Positions 35,760 through 64,000 of a stretch of 64,000 nucleotides of DNA are shown in pieces. Where the stretch lies: the NCBI GenBank assembly GCA_951406725.2, contig OX597841.1, positions 14,632,001 to 14,696,000 of the forward strand. The letters run 5' to 3'. The stretch comes from Octopus vulgaris (taxonomy: Eukaryota). The position numbers and the translations under genes are program-made. Positions within the stretch are counted from its first letter, which is position 1. Every line of letters starts with the position of its first letter. Below the pieces are notes generated by a model. The model did not search any database. It was not told the origin of the DNA and was given only the letters and a program-made list of their open reading frames with translations.

Positions 35760-36130
35760 TGTCCTAGGAACTGGACTAGGGCATGCAGAACAGTTTCATT
35801 GTTCTGGGCACTCCTCAGGCAGGCCCGGCTGAGGGTACTTCCATACCTGTAAAGTTTATCTCAAACAGGCAGTGCTCCTTGGTAGCACTTCCAGTCAAGG
35901 GATTTCTGGAAGTTATGCATAGGCCCGGGCCAGAAAATTTTTTGTCAATCTTCATCATTGCTCAGAGTTTCCCCAAGAATGTCATCACACTTTTCCTCCA
36001 CTAGCCCTCTATAGAACGCTAGAGGGGAACTACCAATGACAGCATTGCCCACCTGGCGGAGAGCTGTGATCATTTGATGGCACTCAAGATGCCAAGCAAC
36101 CCTCATCAGTCTACGCCTAATCCAGGTTTG
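35760..36130 (-). mobile_element. L1/Tx1-like LINE ORF2 remnant (zf-RVT region)
   Basis: AFYRGLVEE...GPMHNFQKSLDWKCYQGALPV*DKLYRYG...C...ETVLHAL, with stops. Confidence 0.65.
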
Positions 36131-36714
36131 AATAATAACAATAACAATAATAATAATAATAATAATCATTTCTATTATAGGTACAAGGCCTGAAATTTCG
36201 TGGGGAAGAAAGTTAGCGAATTATATTGACCCCAGTGTTTCACTGGTATTCAATTTATTGACTCTAGAAGGACGAAAGGAAAAGTCGACCGTGGCAAAAT
36301 TTGAACTCAAAACGTAGCGGTGGACTCAGCCATAGAATAATATCTTGATTAGTGTTGATCAACAACCCATGCCAGCATGGAAAATCTGGGTGTCACAAGG
36401 ACAATGATGAGGATGACAACAAAAAAAAAGCATTTAAAAAATATTATAAAACAACAACTGGAATTTGGTGCAAAATTTTATTGTTTGAAACAAAAATAAC
36501 ATTATAAAAACAAAAATTGTTTAAAAAGAAACATAATAAAGTGTGTTTATATACACACCTGAACAAAAACATTTATGGCACCATTATGTATCGGTGTATG
36601 TATACATATATATGTGTGTGTGTGTGTGTATACAATTATGTATGTGTATACATACACACACACATATATACATATATACATTCATATGCTTTTCTGCATG
36701 CAAAAACATATAAA

Positions 36715-36757
<43 letters not shown>

Positions 36758-37027
36758 CACACATTCATATGCTTTTCTGCATATATACACAGGCAATTTT
36801 TGCTTTTCTTACAAATAGCTCATATTTTAATGGTACTCAACAGCTGTTTCGTTAAGATAAACACTAACAAATGTATTATCATATAACAGTGACACTTGAT
36901 TGGATTTAACTTCATTTAAATTATGTATAACAATCATGTAATTAGACATTTCTCTGTCTGTCTACCTATTTGTCTATGTATATCCACACATGTACACATT
37001 CATATACAGGCACGTAGGTATTACTTA

Positions 37028-37429
37028 CTTTTACTTGCTTCAGTCATTTGACGGCGGCCATGCTGGAGCACCGCCTTTAGTCGAACAAATCGACCCCAGG
37101 ACTTATTCTCTGTAAGCCCAGTACTTATCCTATCGGTCTCTTTTGCCGAACCGCTAAGTAACGGGGACGTAAACACACCAGCATCGGTTGTCAAGCAATG
37201 CTAGAGGGACAAATACAGACACACAAACATATACACGCACATACATACACATATATATACATATATAGGTGCAGGAGTGGCTGTGTGGTAAGTAGCTTGT
37301 TTACCAACCACATGGTTCCGGGTTCAGTCCCACTGCATGGCACCTTGGGCAAGTGTCTTCTACTTTAGTCTCGGGCCGACCAAAGCCTTGTGAGTGGATT
37401 TGGTAGACGGAAACTGAAAGAAGCCTGTC

Positions 37430-37470
<41 letters not shown>

Positions 37471-37852
37471 TGTTTGTGTGTCCGTGTTTGTCCCCCAAGC
37501 ATTGCTTGACAACCGATGCTGGTGTGTTTATGTCTCCGTTACTTAGCGGATCGGCAAAAGAGACCGATAGAATAAGTACTGGGCTTATAAAAGAATAAGT
37601 CCCGGGGTTGATTTGCTCGATTAAAAGGTGGTGCTCCAGCATGGCTGCAGTCAAATGACTGAAACAAGTAAAAGAGTAAAAGAGTAATATATACGACAGG
37701 CTTCTTTCAGTTTCCGTCTACCAAATCCACTCACAATGCTTTAGTCAGCCCGAGGCTATAGTAGAAGACACTTGCCCAAGATGCCACGCAGTGGGACTGA
37801 ACCCGGAACTATGTGGTTGGTTAGCAAGCTACTTACCACACAGCCACGCCTG
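37028..37852. mobile_element. Nested SINEs: a + copy (37267-37686) inserted in the central microsatellite of a - copy
   Basis: The - strand tail half (37028-37260) and head half (37690-37852) flank a complete + copy. Confidence 0.85.
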
Positions 37853-38802
37853 CACTGAACAGCCACTATATGGCTGAACAGTTAAGATGTTTGCTTACAA
37901 TCGTACTAAATGGCATCTTGTTGCATCCACCCGAGTTTTGTGGATAAAACTGATGCTAGAAAGCCTTGTAGAAACCAATCAGGATGTTTTACATTCCACT
38001 GTTTACAAATTGAAACTGATGCAACCTCCCCCGCCACCGCAGAATAATATCCGTGTACAGGAGGTAATCTTTAGCAGGGATGTAAATATACATCACCGTT
38101 GTACAAACAGTGTCATTGTGAAGATACACAGAAGCAAAGACTTTTTCTCTCTCTCTCTCTTTCTCTCTGGCACACATCCCCTCTTTTGCACACACACACA
38201 CACACACACACATGCACACACACACACATGCACACACACATATATCTGCTACCATTCTCAATACCTATTTCTTTACTACCCACAAGGGGCTAAACACAGA
38301 GAGGACAAACAAGGACAGACAAACGGATTAAGTGGATTACATCGACCCCAATGCGTAACAGGTACTTAATTTATCTACCCCGAAAGGATGAAAGGCAAAG
38401 TTGATGTCGGCGGAATTTGAACTCAGAACGTAACAGCAGATGAAATACCTATTTCTTTACTACCCACAAGGGGCTAAACACAGAGGGGACAAACAAGGAC
38501 AGACAAAGGAATTAAGTCGATTATATCGACTCAGTGCGTAACTGGTACTTAATTTATCTACCCCGGAAGGATAAAAGGCAAAGTCGACCCTGGCGGAATT
38601 TGAACTCAGAACGTAGCGGCAGACGAAATACCGCTTAAGCATTTCGCCCGGCGTGCTAACGTTTCTGCCAGCTCTCCGCCTTAAATTCTCCATACCTTCT
38701 TATACATGCTATAAACATTTGCCCCTTCCTTTATTCCACACTCACTTTCTCTCTCCCCTACGTGCTTCTAACCTCTATCTCTGTCCCTGCATGTCTCAAT
38801 CT

Positions 38803-38833
<31 letters not shown>

Positions 38834-39289
38834 CACCCACTATGCTGTAATTCAAATGCTTAACTTCACACATAGTAGGCCCCTGATTCTCCCTGGGAAT
38901 TACAATAACAGTGAATGTTTCTGTGGAATATTCAGCCACTTGAATTCAAATACAATGAGGAGGCTATTCCTTAAAACTTTTACAGCTAAATATCGCATAT
39001 ATGCTCTCAATGTTCGTTCTATTTAACTTTTGGAAGTAGTTTTGTATATCAATCTATCTTTAGTTGAGATATATGAAGTTTACTGAAGCAGCAAGACTTG
39101 CAGAAAATACCAATTGTGTCTGTTTTGGAATATGTTTAGCATCATTACTGGAATAACCAGGAAATTAAATTCCACAGATAAAGGATTAACTCTTTCGTTG
39201 CTCTGTTTATTTTGAGATGCTCTGTGTTTCTTTTAATTACATTAAGTATAACAAAGAATTTAGTAATATATATATATTTTTTTTTTTTT

Positions 39290-39612
39290 CTAGTTTCAGC
39301 TCAGAGCTGCGGCCATGCTGATGCACTGCCGTTTTGCGCGACACTGTTATTGCGACGAACCTCGTCTAATATGTGGCACTTGGTGAAGAATGGAGTTTGA
39401 TACATCTACTCTCATTTGCACCTCTTGCCATGAGGTATGTTCATCTGGGACTCTCGACAGGAAGATGTCCAGCTTTGATTTAAAAACCGCTACATCTACT
39501 TTGTGCAAGTTCCTCAGACTCTTTTGGGAGAATATTAAAAAGCTGTGGGCCCTTGAAACCCAGGCTGTTGCAGAAGCTGGTCTTGAATGTTTCTATGGCA
39601 TATTCAACCCTT
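39290..39612 (-). mobile_element. CR1/L2-like LINE 3' end
   Basis: KSLRNLHKVDVAVFKSKLDIFLSRVPDE..., then tail CAGCATGGCCGCAGCTCTGAGCTGAAACTAG and an A-run. Confidence 0.7.
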
Positions 39613-39958
39613 GAATTCAAATTGGCAATGAGGAGGGCTATTCCTTAAAACTTTTACAAGAATATCGCATACGACCTGAACTCTCAATGTTTGTTCTATT
39701 TAACTTTTGCAGAAAGAAGTTTTGTGTATCAATGCTATCTTGTATTTGAGATATATGAAGTTTACTGAAGCAAGACTTTTAAAACACAATTGTGTCTGTT
39801 TTGGAATATGTTTTCCATACAGTACTGGAATGACCAAAACTGGTACTGAAATGTTTTTTATAAAATTATTTTAGCATTTTCTACCTAGATTTTTTTCCAT
39901 ATATAGATCAACTCATGTGTTTCTTTTCAAATATATATATATATTACATTTATTTATT

Positions 39959-40015
<57 letters not shown>

Positions 40016-40040
40016 ATATGTATATATATATATATATGTA

Positions 40041-40091
<51 letters not shown>

Positions 40092-40109
40092 TACATATGT
40101 ACATATGTA

Positions 40110-40153
<44 letters not shown>

Positions 40154-40604
40154 AATAAATACAATGTAAATATATATATATCATTGGGAAACTTGACATG
40201 AAGTTGACCAGCTTATGATTTAAAAAAAATCTAGGTAGCAAGTTCCTCAGACTGCTTTGGGAGAATAATTTTATAAAAAGCTGTGGGCCCTTGAAACCAG
40301 TTTTGGTCATTTCAACTGTATGGAAAACAGTGTTAAATTTGGGCATAATAATTAAAACAACGACCTTTTTTAAAGAGTATATTTGCATAGTATTCAGAGA
40401 TAGGCAAGGAAAATGCTTGTATTTTACTATGCAAATTTCTGCCTATCTCTGTCTCTCTTGTTTACTCTTGTAGGTTCGAGGTCGTTGTGAATTCTTGTAT
40501 ATATATATATGCTAGAACAGGACGACCTAGATTTTTTTTCCATATATATATATCAACTCATGTGTTTCTTTTCAAATATATATATATATTTACATTTATT
40601 TATT

Positions 40605-40647
<43 letters not shown>

Positions 40648-40966
40648 CTGTAATATTATGTCAACTGATGAAAATGTTTTATGTACACACACACACATGC
40701 ACATACACAAACATGTGCACACACACACACACACACATACAACCACATACACATTCGCACACCCATATAAATTTGGGGCGATGTTTATCTTAACGAAACA
40801 GCTGTAGAGCACAAAGTATGAACTATATGTAAAATTTGTGTTTTCCTACTTTTTGCAGACAGATTAAGAGATAAATAGATTGACAGATGGATGGGCAGAC
40901 AGACAGACAGACAGACATGGCTTTCTGAATCCATGTTGAGAAGTAAGAGCTACCATTTCTCAGTTT

Positions 40967-63017
<22,051 letters not shown>

Positions 63018-64000
63018 CTGATGACAAATAAAATGAAATTACACCTGTAAAAAAAAACAAGGAATATAAAAGGAGAAAAGTCTCTTACCCCATTTGACCA
63101 GGCTCCCTTGGCTTTTATGAGTTTTTCCACAAGTAACCTTTCAAAGTGCCTCCCCCTATTGGAAGTTTTAGACTTGCTATATTTCTTTTGTAATCATATG
63201 TTAATATGGACCCTTCTTTTTCGCAAAACCCTTTGTTTTTATCATCCTTTGTTTGTCCTTCCATGTATTTTTTGTCAAATAACAAACAAAAATTGTGTTT
63301 AATCATTTTCATTAATAAATAGATGTCCTAATATCAAAAAAATTTGTACTGCACTGTAGAAAATAATTATCAAAATATATATGCAAAAAAAAATTAATAT
63401 AAAATATACTATTTCAGGTACAAACAAACATCTTATAGAGTTTTAGCATTATTAATATATATGTATTTTCATTACAAACAACATGGACCAAATTTCTTCT
63501 TAAGAAAAAATATATATTCATATAAATTAAACATTATATCATGAATAGCGATTGCGAAACCGGTTGATACATTAAAAATTATATTATAACCATGTAAGTG
63601 TGCGTATTTTCTGTTTTTTATTTTCTTATATGCATTACAATCCACCACGTGGGGACAACCAAAATTCCTCTTTTCTGTTACTACTATATATATATATATA
63701 TATATATATATTTTCACAACTGCTGATATTATTCCCAAACCAATCTTCATTGGATGGGGGCAGATAATCAACAAGGCAGGGGCCAAGGTGATGGTGTGGT
63801 GTGGGATTTGGAACAATCAAGGAATTGGACCCTTTTGATTTGAGGGCTCTGTGACAGGTGATTCGTATCTGGACATGGCTTGGCAACAAGATGATGCCTC
63901 ATGTCCTTTCCCTTAGAAAAGAGTAAAAGAGTAGGCTTCGTCCCTCCTGTTCTCAGGGGCCGATACAGCTTGGCACCAGTGATGTCACAACTTATTTCTA

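Noticed and set aside
63089-63200. Additional upstream DNAI3 coding exon ending at the GG|GTAAG donor (63088)
   Set aside because: No frame resembles the expected preceding WDR63 segment (W.SLGSE.EI). It could be a UTR exon or a repeat remnant, but is unsupported.

Overview
Eukaryotic, AT- and microsatellite-rich genomic DNA, most likely from an octopus. This is inferred from the C2H2 gene style and the very abundant tRNA-derived SINEs and RTE-LINE tails; it was not checked against a database. Most ORFs in the supplied track are artefacts of simple repeats and SINEs. Genes reconstructed by hand from splice sites and reading phase: (1) a 5-coding-exon, + strand secreted protein of about 286 aa with a PAN/apple-like N-terminus and an uncharacterised Trp/Cys-rich domain (3502-9855); (2) two tandem paralogous C2H2 zinc-finger cassettes with 9 and 11 fingers on the - strand, probably fed by a first exon and ETS-CRE/CCAAT promoter at about 24.7-25.0 kb that abuts a telomere-variant satellite; (3) the 37-aa micro-protein OST4 (30759-30872, -); (4) 17 in-phase exons of the axonemal dynein intermediate chain DNAI3/WDR63 (63017 to 40967, -; the 5' exons lie beyond the window). 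The window also holds a tRNA-Asn-derived pseudogene, six non-autonomous Helitrons, hAT, mariner and piggyBac MITEs, Tc1, Penelope, RTE, CR1-like and L1/Tx1-like remnants, and several minisatellites. The best novelty candidate is an unassigned, extensively base-paired ~300-nt segment (34886-35192, -) directly downstream of a TATA+Inr promoter and between two convergent Helitrons.
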